Shown: in pieces, positions 15,001 through 20,326 of the stretch
Position numbering within the stretch: the first letter of the stretch is position 1
How the letters are laid out: each line of letters opens with the position of its first letter
Assembly: GCA_948433885.1 (NCBI GenBank)
Contig: CAOJEC010000002.1
Span: 8,976-72,975, forward strand
Source of the DNA: an uncultured bacterium
GTDB lineage: Bacteria > Bacillota_I > Bacilli_A > RF39 > UBA660
Direction of reading: 5' to 3'
DNA: 64,000 nt
Position numbers and translations under genes: made by a program
The notes under the pieces: model-generated
Databases searched by the model: none
What the model saw: only the letters and a program-made list of their open reading frames with translations
Told to the model about the DNA's origin: nothing

Positions 15001-16137
15001 ATTTATAGATTGTCCATCTACAATCTTAGTTCCATCTTCAGTTTCAGCCCATACTTCAGGATCTGATTGATCGATTGAGAAATTGACTGATACTTCCCCA
15101 ACGGAGTTTCTAACTGTCAAAGTATATTTACCTTCTTCAGTAATTGCACCTCCACTATTGATAGGTCTCTCACTCGCTTCTTCACCTTCTACAGCATGTT
15201 TATACAATGTTGCTTCATCACCATAATAAGAAACTCTATAAGGTAACTCAGTGTATACACCACCTTCGGTAATTCTATTGATAACTGGTGGATTTGTTGT
15301 AGTAGTTTTTCCCAATGAAAATTTTGCTACTGTTTTATTTCCAGCTTCATCTGTAGCGACAACTTCATAAGAACCCGTTTCATTGATCGCATTAGAAGTC
15401 ATCTTATCACCATTGACAAGAACATCTTTCAAATTGTCATCTTGAACATTGAGTGTTACTCCTGTACCATAGTTAGAAACTACATCTTTACCATTGACAA
15501 GAATAACAGGAGCTTCTTTATCGATGTTTGTTGCACTTACATTTACAGTTGCATTCTTTTCTCCATCGAGTGAAACAACTTCGAAAGAATCTTCTCCATT
15601 TTCAGTATATATTTTTGTAAGCGTCTTTTTATCATTAGAAAGAACCCAATCTTCTTCATCTACTTTTTGAACCTGTTCACTAAAACGAACTTGAACTTCA
15701 ACGTTTCCATTCGTGTATCTAGTCGAACTTGGTAATACTTTATAAGTCAATATAGAAGTATTGCTATCCAAATTTGAATCATCAGATTGATTTTCATTCT
15801 CATCAACTTTGACAGAATCTGTCTCACATGTGAGACTTGGCTCATACTTATATGTACCATCTTCATTCGTAATAGTAACATATGAGTTATTTATACATTC
15901 GTCTTTCATACTAGAAACTAAACTTCCAGATTCTTGAAGACGAGAAGCACTCGTAACCAATTTAGAATCGATCGCCAAATTGTTGTTCTCGACATACTTC
16001 TTAGCAGATTCTACTAAGACGTCACTATAATCCCTTTCTTTGTATAATAAATTTGTGACCGTATAGGCACCAGCAACCACAGTTGTAACTGCAGTAACCC
16101 CCAAAACTACATTTTTAACTTTATTATTTGTTGCCAT
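1..16137 (-). CDS. Giant cell-surface repeat protein, at least 5,379 aa, with the 3' end beyond the left edge. It has an N-terminal signal/anchor, dozens of ~85-95 aa Ig-like modules ending in IDK(T/D/E)AP, DUF5011/HYR-like modules, two FIVAR-like helical blocks and DUF6273-like distal domains.
   Basis: ATG at 16135-16137 is preceded by GGAGG (rc of 16144-16148) with a 6-nt spacer. I translated the minus frame by hand over 1-9750 and 13900-16137 and spot-checked 10321, 11461, 12361 and 13081; no stop appeared and the frame is the same at both ends (16137 = 3 x 5379). The ORF track lists no bounded minus-strand ORF here except one out-of-frame 70-aa ORF, as expected for a single ORF leaving the window. 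N-terminus: MATNNKVKNVVLGVTAVTTVVAGAYTV (hydrophobic anchor). Recurrent motifs: TxTDxAGN...FTIDKTAP. Confidence 0.9.
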   Translation of the reverse strand, partial: MATNNKVKNVVLGVTAVTTVVAGAYTVTNLLYKERDYSDVLVESAKKYVENNNLAIDSKLVTSASRLQESGSLVSSMKDECINNSYVTITNEDGTYKYEPSLTCETDSVKVDENENQSDDSNLDSNTSILTYKVLPSSTRYTNGNVEVQVRFSEQVQKVDEEDWVLSNDKKTLTKIYTENGEDSFEVVSLDGEKNATVNVSATNIDKEAPVILVNGKDVVSNYGTGVTLNVQDDNLKDVLVNGDKMTSNAINETGSYEVVATDEAGNKTVAKFSLGKTTTTNPPVINRITEGGVYTELPYRVSYYGDEATLYKHAVEGEEASERPINSGGAITEEGKYTLTVRNSVGEVSVNFSIDQSDPEVWAETEDGTKIVDGQSINKDVIIHFKDKYSNVVAKSNTLYRDLKDGEVFTKEGKYVITVTDGAGHVVTFNFTINRQVPTVEGVVNGKFYSENRTITFDDKGGTVTATLDGLEISSGHVVSDEGEHTLVLTDDAGNSGTTIFTIDKTAPEFEGLDSDLITKDDFVVKAIDTNLKSVTVKKNGLVYANSEVTLDEEGLYTLIATDKAGLVTTRTVTIDKTAPSVLLNGSDKYEDKYENEVNIEISDLTKTTVMLDGKEFTDTKITASGNHVLEVTDEVGLTTRIEFTIYKDKPEVNIDGKLIDDETSTHYFNHDITINIVENPLELTATLNGEELSADEIANGKTIYAIDGKHNEYTLVVTDSIGRSTTIKFVIDQKNPTSSVGSQVYGEDILITFEDESGEVKAELDGVEIENGKVTLSEEGEHTLKLTDKAGNAIVYYPTIDKSTPDVKFIVDGEEIVIDDITKKLYFNKEVTITFEDKYSSVAAKLNNASIQEISDGKKDGSVVLNADGEYVLYLVDKGENELTVTVEIDSANPKGSISYENIDDATTDRLVDSIKMILTVDEEITFEDSNGYMWLKLNEMTEDGKYQYVYTVNDSVTGSIKLIDKAENEVSLPYSVTIDKTAPVGSITANTEEDTNKDVTLTLTVDEEVTITDNNGNVWNKLDELTEDGKYQYATTITENISGAIVIADANNNKTEISYKVENIDKIVDVDAPTYSTTEITNQDVIITIKAREELTFTDELDWTVLKLADGTYSYTATAIENISNTIVVSDKLGNTKNITYVVNNIDKGAPEVGGFDEDKFVEAENKYLFNTIVTPTFTEGTATLNGNVFVSGTDVTESGDYVLIVTDEAGNFTTINFTIDRTKPEAEITPSTTTPTNQAVILTIKTSEPVTMLTENKALEQIDDQTWTFKKSINGTITFKFTDAAGNVGTAKYTVENIDKVKPTISGVDNKGEYNENKNVTFEDDKPGVTATLNGEIFLGGEIADGKHVLIVTDAAGNTVTYRFTIDTIDPIITGVVDQGLYNKNVRPSYNEGTAVLTKKTVDEDGSIVDTVVADYVKGASITEDGIYTLTVTDGVGNDTVVTFTIDKTAPTAIITQDPTEDKYTNGAVILTFEASEPIEMLTESSALTKVSDTVYTFKKSINGTITFKFKDLAGNTNSIRYTVDNIDKTKPIVTGVENKGIYNAPVTIMYSDDHNVGAMLNDEFFTSGNTVSEDGKYTLVVTDEADNKVTYTFTIDTKAPEITGVEDKGVYNKNVRPSYNEGTGVLTKKVVDEDGAITEVVIEDYKKGAAITEDGIYTLTVTDGANNSTAVTFTIDKTAPTAEITPSTTAPTNQPVILTIKTSEPVTMLTENKALEQIDNQTWTFKKSINGTITFKFTDAAGNVGTARYTVENIDKEAPVGTITADVTAPTKGSVTLTLEVSEPIKDMSESDWTLVKDATLEDRTVRYTKTLSENTDGEIELTYTDLAGNKGSVKYEVSNIDNIPATVDVTYSTTEDTNEDVTIMINTSEKVSFEDELLNWTETRNEDGTYTYTATATENVSNTLTLTDEVGNVTENVVYSVNNIDKTSATAGVTYSTTEDTNEDVTITINTSKKVSFEDELLNWTETKNENGTYTYTATATENVSNTLTLVDHVGNETEVSYSVENIDKTPANATVSYNTTESTTGSVEITITSDKAVTFEDDKLEWSDAVEENGKFIYTATATENVSNTLTLVDHVGNITTVTYSVENIDHNVPTITIEGGNVIVTIKGMDITYPEVSATDKEDGELTVTADKTEVDINEAGEHTITYTATDSAGNTASETLTIRVINVDKYNKIAAYMEMLETNSTGGFYFSVNENKYDYTDKSWQTKKMYFDALTMMVDGTIKLNPNITQEYMDKQIETVENMELIPAEKDMYDYNTVIGKIAKLVESDYTKETWAELMTLKSESEVEGTLRLQSDVNYYSKALERLVKDLEKEPVVDTTEDYRDKYKEEDYSGYDAYQEALTELSTAVSEGILKSEYEARLEEIEEAILATRLPIDASAYEAILKDLEDNYEEADYTNESWTALQEKLNAVQAVIDRDGLRSEYNAALEQIDLNDLVANALDTTEFDNIVIEFGKLIETDYTAESWTAIENQIAKVQAIIDNNGLISEYEKELANLSLDNLEALAIDTTEFDKIVAEFEQLVESDYTSESYTFIKELIDEAKELIANGALRSEFKVVFDQIDLNDLVAIPKATNVTFVTDGANGYATIGNKLTLEFNSNTELDLTGTEVIINGEQVTVSKEGDLYRAVVIVDENTKEGKVTYTIKPVGPDGLEGAEVSVESDIIVDITEPTIEISGDKVNGQNNLYTSTVTVTVAESNVKEVYVNGVLDTSFVSPQDFTEDGTYTIKVIDQVGNEETVTFTIDTKAPNGTITSSNEDPTNEDITLTFEVDEEIIIIDGGNWTRVTNEDPTDKTIRYTLDVSENGIYEITYKDLAGHTGSASYEVENIDKTPAKTTLIPSTGGQTMNPVTLTLTSDEPLIITSTTDEWTASADKKTFTLVVTSNRTVTVEYTDLAGNAGSKTYTVSNIDTEVPTATIEADTTESTNQDITLTLNASEEIVITSTTDEWTKVTGSEYTLVVSDNRTVTVEFKDLAGHIGSVSYTVANIDKIPATADVTYSNTNLTNQDVVITLTSDEAVTFEDDKLEWSSAVEENGKFIYTATATENVSNTLTLVDHVGNTSTVSYTVENIDKTAPTATFVGVNPEGPTNSFKEITIRVDKVVKTTNTGTIPTVEVKVDEETGAKYTLLAAKRSNNGKYMFKFEDEAGNSGSFVYEVEGIDKEKPTAELYEITPEGPTNSHKTITIKTSEKVISLNTGTRVDVENKVDEEGNEYSLLTANRSNNGNFSFIFQDEAGNKGTFVIDVTGIDKEAPKGTITANKTDITNEEITLTLTVDEAIKDLSDSEWTLIKDATESDPSVQYQRTVSANGEIVVNYKDLAGNAGSASIEITNFDDVAPTITLTDENTKVEEGIYNGAVTVTVNDANADKVYVNGVLDAAFGTSKTFSEDGVYTIKAVDKAGNESSEVTFKIYKTAPTITIEGGNVIVTIKGMDITYPKVTATSSVDGELTVTADKTEVDINEAGEHTITYTATDSAGNTASETLTIRVINVDKYNKIAAYMEMLETNSTGGFYFSVNENKYDYTDKSWQTKKMYFDALTMMVDGTIKLNPNITQEYMDKQIETVENMELIPAEKDMYDYNTVIGKIAKLVESDYTKETWAELMTLKSESEVEGTLRLQSDVNYYSKALERLVKDLEKEPVVDTTEDYRDKYKEEDYSGYDAYQEALTELSTAVSEGILKSEYEARLEEIEEAILATRLPIDASAYEAILKDLEDNYEEADYTNESWTALQEKLNAVQAVIDRDGLRSEYNAALEQIDLSELVLIPVVVNPVITTTGNVGYAKAGDVIKLEFESNVELNVTATEDEPLVTTATINGQTAIVTKNAETGKYEASITITDSSKEGIVSYTITPVGPNQLVGTAIEPTDSDIVVDVTPADTNMIPSNTSPTVGPVVITLTSNEELIITSEGWTKVEGKNEYTSEVTANKVVTVEYTDLAGNYGSASIEVENIDLVDPTANIVANTSDGTNQDVILTLTPSEEIIITSTTDVWTKVEGKNEYTLTVSANREVVVEFEDLAGRKGSASYNVTNIDKTPAKATVSYTDADKVVTNKDVTITLTSDKELSAIRDTNGMNWIDSVQTENGSFVYSVTVSENVTGTLTLVDLVGNETIVEYAVSNIDKVLPEATITYVTGTTGNENIIDGDTPTKEDVTIKLTSTKKLVEIVDSNNMNWMNFVEGEVELSLNEKYTYRVTVSKNIAGTLNIKDEAGNTVEGIEYNVSGIDKDAPVATLEPNTTEMTNQDVKLTLNVTNEENVTIKNSNVNYELVDGKYVFTVEENTEVSVTIADAVGNETVVTYNVENIDKDAPNMTIIDKNTGEEVTSGMYIKGSVIVTVDEGIIYDNNAEVASGSEISSDGVHRIYAVDAAGNTTKVIYVGIDNTAPVVSGVEDGMIYDGEVTINATDMNSMTATMDGEAFTLGESYNVSGHHTLVVTDRVGNSTTVEFDIDTEAPVIELDGEQVNGIYTEGVTVNVTDDNIDTIMNGEVEITNGSTIDEDGTHTITATDKAGHTVSVTFTIDTKDPVIEGFEDGKTYSEAITVTVSDANLVSITLADGTTIESGATFTEDGTYSITAVDAAGHSVTKTFTIDSLPPVVTGVEDGKVYTDDVTLEFDKGTATVNGETVESGTVLSDGKYTVVVTSDAGKKTELSFIVDTKAPVINGFDDESHYSVDVTVNVEDHNIVSIKNNGEEITNGTTFTEDGVYVITATDIVGREVTKTFTIDKTDPNIAISGTSINNNGIYTGDVTISVEDANISTIVDKDGNEVEGNATFTEDGTYTITATDKAGNETTVTFTIDNASPVVSGVEDGEVYGEKVTVSFDKGTATLNGVEFTNGTEVSDGRYELVVTGENGKTTSVTFYVDTLPPEITSIKDGMIYGNDVTIEFNDATTKPIAKLDGKTVQNGDVISKEGNHTLIVIDEAGNSTSVTFTIDKTAPELEIVDNKGVKHKEDFEVTLEADKVNKFENFEYNVTDRDGASVSVDINGVVDLATLGDNYTLTYKATDDVGNTRVITVTVKVKDTTAPTITLGGNGSAIEVKYGSSFADTYGATAEDTFDGELEVKTSHNVNVYEVGTYEITYTATDASGNETTEKRTVKVVSTTATDMFKEENSCTDGEQCYATNSTDNYIWYSGHLWRVVKVNADGTLRIVTEESATGFSFDDNSSVFTGSHAERWLNNVFYPSLNNASTIVSTGEFCSEKMTSLTNVRYTCSANSVVKSKVGLLTIDEYNILGGANGFLNNGERYFTMTPTSEDTAWVVEETGRKERGYYVNEPYAMRPVININPVDILKGRGTAADPYVIDEGNKASVGSNLTNRSTGEYVNFGGKAWRIVSTSNEGTKLIADNYLTTNDGYVNIEFGTVGVFNTTSGIGKYLNT
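4839..5778 (-). repeat. 940-bp perfect direct repeat, copy B, inside the giant ORF (FIVAR-like helical block plus part of a DUF5011-like module)
   Basis: I compared it line by line with 8808-9747 and found it identical. Mismatches occur at 4838/8807 and 5779/9748. Confidence 0.9.
8808..9747 (-). repeat. 940-bp perfect direct repeat, copy A
   Basis: The offset to copy B is 3,969 bp (3 x 1,323), so the two copies are in frame. Confidence 0.9.
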
Positions 16138-16167
16138 AATAAACCTCCTAAATATTTCGCAAATATT

Positions 16168-16196
16168 ATTCTATCATTTACGTAACATTTTGTCAA
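16168..16196 (-). promoter_or_regulatory. Sigma-A-type promoter of the giant surface-protein gene
   Basis: On the minus strand, TTGACA (rc of 16191-16196), an exact 17-nt spacer, then TAGAAT (rc of 16168-16173), about 30 nt upstream of the ATG. Confidence 0.55.
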
Positions 16197-16562
16197 AAAT
16201 TATCACTATATAGCATATGCCATATAATCCCTTTTTTTTCTTATGTAAGTAATTGATAGTCCCTTTTTAATTCCTTTCTTTTTTCATCATTTCTATTAAT
16301 CATGTTTTTTGTTCGTTCCTAAAATCTTGTTTTCCTTAAAGATTCAGAAACATTACCTTCATGGTGCACCGAATTTCGACTCTATAATCGAAGTGGTGAA
16401 TCTAAATCTAATGGATAATTATAAATATAGAATAAGTTTTTGGCTTTTATAGTAGATACTATATAAGTCAAAGTTCCCCTTTTTCTCATAAAAGATATAA
16501 TCCCCCTTAAATTGATTACGAATATTCTACTGCTTTTTTTTAAAAAGTCAAGAAAAAAATCA

Positions 16563-16590
16563 AAAAAAGTCCATTTTATGGACTTTTTTC
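16563..16590 (-). terminator. Rho-independent terminator after the 593-aa gene; symmetric, so possibly bidirectional
   Basis: The hairpin AAGTCCAT-TTT-ATGGACTT is flanked by an A-run and a T-run and follows the TAA stop at 16592-16594. Confidence 0.7.
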
Positions 16591-16591
16591 C

Positions 16592-18373
16592 TTATAATTT
16601 CATTATTTTTGCAGATTTTTCAGTTCTTTTTGTACTTAATAAGAAACTCTTAACCTGCTTAAACATATTGATTTTACATGAAAGAGCATCAGCTTTGCTT
16701 TCAGATTCAAGAGTAGCTTCTGGTTCATCATCAAATGGTTTAACACTACCACTTCCAATTCCTGGGTTATGACCTTTATCGCCTACAATTCCATCTCTAT
16801 CAGCGTCTTTTGGTGCCTCTGGTTCGATCGAAGCTGAAACCGTTGGATCAGGTATGACAAGCGAAACAGAAGCCGATGGATCAGGATCGAGTGAAACCGA
16901 CACATCAGGTTCAGGAGAAAAAGTGCTTTCTTCTTTTTCTTCCTCTTCATCATCAAATGGTTTAACATTTCCATTACCGATACCCTGATTTCCATTTCCA
17001 TCATTTATTTCTCCTCTATCTGGATCATCTGTTGGTTCAGATGAAGGAGGTATAGACTCCGATGGTTTCTCATCATCAAAACCTGGTTTTGTACCTCCAT
17101 TACCAATACCTGGATTGCCGAGTACATCATCAATTTCTCCTCTATCTGGATCTTCTGAAGGTGATGGAGATGGTGATGGATCAACTGGTTGTGATGGATT
17201 CACCGAATCTGATGGTGATGGTGATGGATCTACTGGTTGTGATGGATTCACCGAATCTGATGGTGATGGTGATGGATCAACTGGTTGTGATGGATTCACC
17301 GAATCTGATGGAGATGGTGATGGATCAACTGGTTGTGATGGATTCACCGAATCTGTTGGTGATGGTGATGGATCTACTGGTTGTGATGGATTCACCGAAT
17401 CTGATGGTGATGGTGATGGATTTACTGGAAATGATATATCAGGTCCTTTTGATTCTATCTTCACATAGTCACATTCTACATGTGTACAATCGTAAACTAA
17501 ATTTCCATTCTCTTCAAATACGTTAAATACATGATTTTGTTCTTTAATATCTTTACATTTTCTACATTTCAGATATTCAAGATTTTCGTCATATCTTTCA
17601 AGTTTCCACTCACAATATCCTTCTTTAGACAATGTATATTTATATCCGCAATTAATACATTCATAATTCGTATAAATCTTATGAATATCCTTTTTTTGAC
17701 TTTGGTCATAAGTTATAAATTCTTCTATGACATGAGATCTATATTCCAAAGCACCACAAATAGTACACATGCGGGCTTCCATTTTATCATCATGGTATCC
17801 CCAATCACCATAAGTATGAATATGATCACTATTTATTGATTGACTTGGATCTGCTGATTGCTCAGGACGTGGTGTAACTACTATACCAGGAATATAAATA
17901 TCTTCTACTTTTTCACTCTCATCTGGAACAGGAGTTGAATCTATCTTATCATCACCAGCATTATCAGATGGTTTTACTGAAACGGTCGGCGTTGGAGTCG
18001 TCGTATCAGTAGGAGTAGCTGTAGAATCTAAATCATCAGAATGTCCAGGAGGGAGAGGTACGTCATTTGAATTGTTCCTGTTTGCCAAATGTAAACCTAC
18101 TCCCGCAACAGCAGAGCTCACAATCAAGGCAGCCGACAAGATAAATACTATCGGTTTCTTTTTCTTTTTCTTTTCTTCCTTTTCGTAAGCTTCGTTGAAC
18201 ATATTCAAAGTCTTTTCAACAGCTGCCATGTTATCGTCTAATGTAGGCGCATTCGCCGCCTTTTTTTCTTCTAATCTATGCATTTCTGCCACTCTCTTCG
18301 AGTTATTTAAAACTTTCTTTTGCTCTTTTTTTTGTTCTCTTTCAATTCGTTTTTGTTCCTTAGTTTTTGCCAT
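16592..18373 (-). CDS. Type-II membrane-anchored protein. It has a K/E-rich cytoplasmic N-terminus, one TM helix, an extracytoplasmic Cys-rich region with CxxC pairs, six 16-aa Pro/Ser repeats, and three DPDRGEI...GIGNG..KPFDDE repeats.
   Basis: ORF-track protein. TM segment: IVFILSAALIVSSAVAGVGLHLA. Cys pairs: CTICG, CINCG, CRKC, DCTHVEC. Repeat DSVNPSQPVDPSPSPS about 5.6 times. I recognise no family. Confidence 0.8.
   Translation of the reverse strand: MAKTKEQKRIEREQKKEQKKVLNNSKRVAEMHRLEEKKAANAPTLDDNMAAVEKTLNMFNEAYEKEEKKKKKKPIVFILSAALIVSSAVAGVGLHLANRNNSNDVPLPPGHSDDLDSTATPTDTTTPTPTVSVKPSDNAGDDKIDSTPVPDESEKVEDIYIPGIVVTPRPEQSADPSQSINSDHIHTYGDWGYHDDKMEARMCTICGALEYRSHVIEEFITYDQSQKKDIHKIYTNYECINCGYKYTLSKEGYCEWKLERYDENLEYLKCRKCKDIKEQNHVFNVFEENGNLVYDCTHVECDYVKIESKGPDISFPVNPSPSPSDSVNPSQPVDPSPSPTDSVNPSQPVDPSPSPSDSVNPSQPVDPSPSPSDSVNPSQPVDPSPSPSDSVNPSQPVDPSPSPSPSEDPDRGEIDDVLGNPGIGNGGTKPGFDDEKPSESIPPSSEPTDDPDRGEINDGNGNQGIGNGNVKPFDDEEEEKEESTFSPEPDVSVSLDPDPSASVSLVIPDPTVSASIEPEAPKDADRDGIVGDKGHNPGIGSGSVKPFDDEPEATLESESKADALSCKINMFKQVKSFLLSTKRTEKSAKIMKL
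17150..17430 (-). repeat. 48-bp tandem repeat, about 5.6 near-identical copies, encoding (DSVNPSQPVDPSPSPS)n
   Basis: The plus-strand unit ggtgatggatcaactggttgtgatggattcaccgaatctgatggtgat recurs head to tail. Boundaries are approximate. Confidence 0.85.
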
Positions 18374-18404
18374 AATAAATTAATCCCCTTTCGAAACAAA
18401 GCAT

Positions 18405-18432
18405 ATTATACCTAATTTCTGACAAAAGTCAA
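18405..18432 (-). promoter_or_regulatory. Sigma-A-type promoter of the 593-aa gene
   Basis: On the minus strand, TTGACT (rc of 18427-18432), a 16-nt spacer, then TATAAT (rc of 18405-18410). Confidence 0.55.
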
Positions 18433-18469
18433 CCCCTAAATATTCTATTACGAAAGGCCCCATTCATTT

Positions 18470-19723
18470 TTATTCTTCTACAATAGCAATTTCTGCACCG
18501 ACTGAAGATAGTTTATAAACTAAATCTTCGTAACCTCTAAGAATGTGTTCTATATTGGAAATCTTAGTAGTTCCTGCAGCGATGAGTCCAGCTATAATCA
18601 ATGCAGCGCCTGCTCTCAAATCGCTCGCTGCCACTTCAGTTCCTACCAATTTTGAAGGCCCCTCGATCGTGGCACTAGACGGAGTGAACTCTATATCGGC
18701 TCCCATTTTAACTAATTCGGGATAATGTCCTCCCCGACTTTCGTAAATGGTCTCTTCAAAATGAGATTCTCCCTTAGCTTGAGTTAGCATAACAGCCATC
18801 GGCTGCCCTAAATCGGTCGGAAATCCTGGATAAACTAGTGTTTTAATATCCACAGCGGTCAATGCATCGTGATTCAAAAATGTTACCGAATCGTCCTCGA
18901 CTTTGAACTCGACGCCCATGTCCCTCATCTTGGAAAGTAAGATTTCTACATGTTTTGGAATTACATTCGTTATCTTGAGATTTTCCCCGATGAGAGCACC
19001 GATCATCATATAAGTCCCCGCTTCTATTCTATCGGGAATCACTTCGATAACAGCACTATTGAGCTTTTCGACTCCCTCGATGCGAATAGTATTCGTACCA
19101 CCACCGACGATCTTTGCACCCATATTGTTGAGTAAAGACACTATATTTATGATCTCTGGCTCCTTTGCTGCATTCTCGATCACGGTCACTCCATCCGCCA
19201 AGACGGCAGCCATTAACACATTGATAGTCGCGCCGACACTTGGAAAATCGAACAAAATATTCGCTCCATGAAGATGTTCTGCATCCAATGTATATTTATC
19301 GCCTTCACGAACGATAGTCGCCCCCATCTTCCTGAATGCCGTGAGATGCAAGTCTATCGGTCTTTTACCGATCTTACATCCTCCAGGAAAGTTAATTACG
19401 ACATGATGAAATCTTCCAAGTAAAGCACCCATAAAATAATAAGATGCTCGTAGTTTATCTGATAACTCCGACGGAATAGGATTCGATACGACATTCTTTC
19501 CATTTATCTTCATAAATCCTTTTCCAAACTCGATGTCTCCACCCAATAAAGTGATTATTTTTCGCAAGTTTTCGGTATCAGTTAATTCGGGAGTATTCAA
19601 GATTTCGACGACACCATCGGTGAGAATCGCCGCTGGAATCAATGCAACCACACTGTTCTTCGCTCCACTAATGCTGATACAACCTGAAAGTTTTCGATTT
19701 CCGTTTATCACTATTTTTTTCAT
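18470..19723 (-). CDS. murA: UDP-N-acetylglucosamine 1-carboxyvinyltransferase (MurA family)
   Basis: Full-length MurA-like sequence (KLSGCISISGAKNS...; PGGCKIGKRPIDLH). The ATG at 19723 has better RBS spacing than the GTG at 19732 used by the track. Confidence 0.9.
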   Translation of the reverse strand: MKKIVINGNRKLSGCISISGAKNSVVALIPAAILTDGVVEILNTPELTDTENLRKIITLLGGDIEFGKGFMKINGKNVVSNPIPSELSDKLRASYYFMGALLGRFHHVVINFPGGCKIGKRPIDLHLTAFRKMGATIVREGDKYTLDAEHLHGANILFDFPSVGATINVLMAAVLADGVTVIENAAKEPEIINIVSLLNNMGAKIVGGGTNTIRIEGVEKLNSAVIEVIPDRIEAGTYMMIGALIGENLKITNVIPKHVEILLSKMRDMGVEFKVEDDSVTFLNHDALTAVDIKTLVYPGFPTDLGQPMAVMLTQAKGESHFEETIYESRGGHYPELVKMGADIEFTPSSATIEGPSKLVGTEVAASDLRAGAALIIAGLIAAGTTKISNIEHILRGYEDLVYKLSSVGAEIAIVEE

Positions 19724-19770
19724 ATTTATCACTACCTTAAATATATTCTATATACGAAATAAAGTCAATC

Positions 19771-20313
19771 CTAAAACAAAAATTGACAAAAATTTAAAAT
19801 TCCTAATATTGCCATAATTGCCGCACCAACTATAACCGAATATTCACCTACAAGTGAATTCAATACTCCGCCCAAACTTAGACCCAAATAAGTGAATCCA
19901 GCACTGAAAACAGAAAAAATCAAAAAACTTCTAATACCATTTATCCAGTCGAGTTGCAACGCAAAACCTACACAAAGACTATCCAAACTTACCCCTATTG
20001 CAAATAATAGAGCACCCAAAATGGACAATTTAAAAACTTCATCTTCTTTTTTGAAATCTTTGAACATCAAAATGGCAATATATAAAAATATTATCCCAGA
20101 AAGCATATGAACATCTACATGGATACTCCTCACGAAAATGGTACTGAGAAAAGTCCCTATCATGGGCATGACAAAATGAAATATTCCGACTAACGAAGAC
20201 AATCCAAAAACTATTTTTTTAGGAAATTTCAAAGTTCCTATCGACAAAGCCAAACTGAAAGCATCCATCGACAACGAAACTGCAATCGCGACAATAAACA
20301 ATAATCCACTCAA
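19771..20313 (-). CDS. MntP/YtaF-family (DUF204) integral membrane protein
   Basis: Six-TM protein with duplicated SMDAFS / SLDSLCVGF motifs typical of the family. Confidence 0.6.
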   Translation of the reverse strand: MSGLLFIVAIAVSLSMDAFSLALSIGTLKFPKKIVFGLSSLVGIFHFVMPMIGTFLSTIFVRSIHVDVHMLSGIIFLYIAILMFKDFKKEDEVFKLSILGALLFAIGVSLDSLCVGFALQLDWINGIRSFLIFSVFSAGFTYLGLSLGGVLNSLVGEYSVIVGAAIMAILGILNFCQFLF

Positions 20314-20326
20314 AAAAAATCACCAT

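Noticed and set aside
16512-16772. An 86-aa plus-strand ORF
   Set aside because: It spans the terminator hairpin and overlaps the 3' end of the 593-aa gene in antisense. No RBS.
17062-17526. Plus-strand ORFs of 154 aa and 117 aa with repeats such as MVMD/GDGDG
   Set aside because: They are antisense read-through of the 48-bp tandem repeat in the 593-aa gene. The sense-strand ORF is much longer and has a promoter, an RBS and a terminator.
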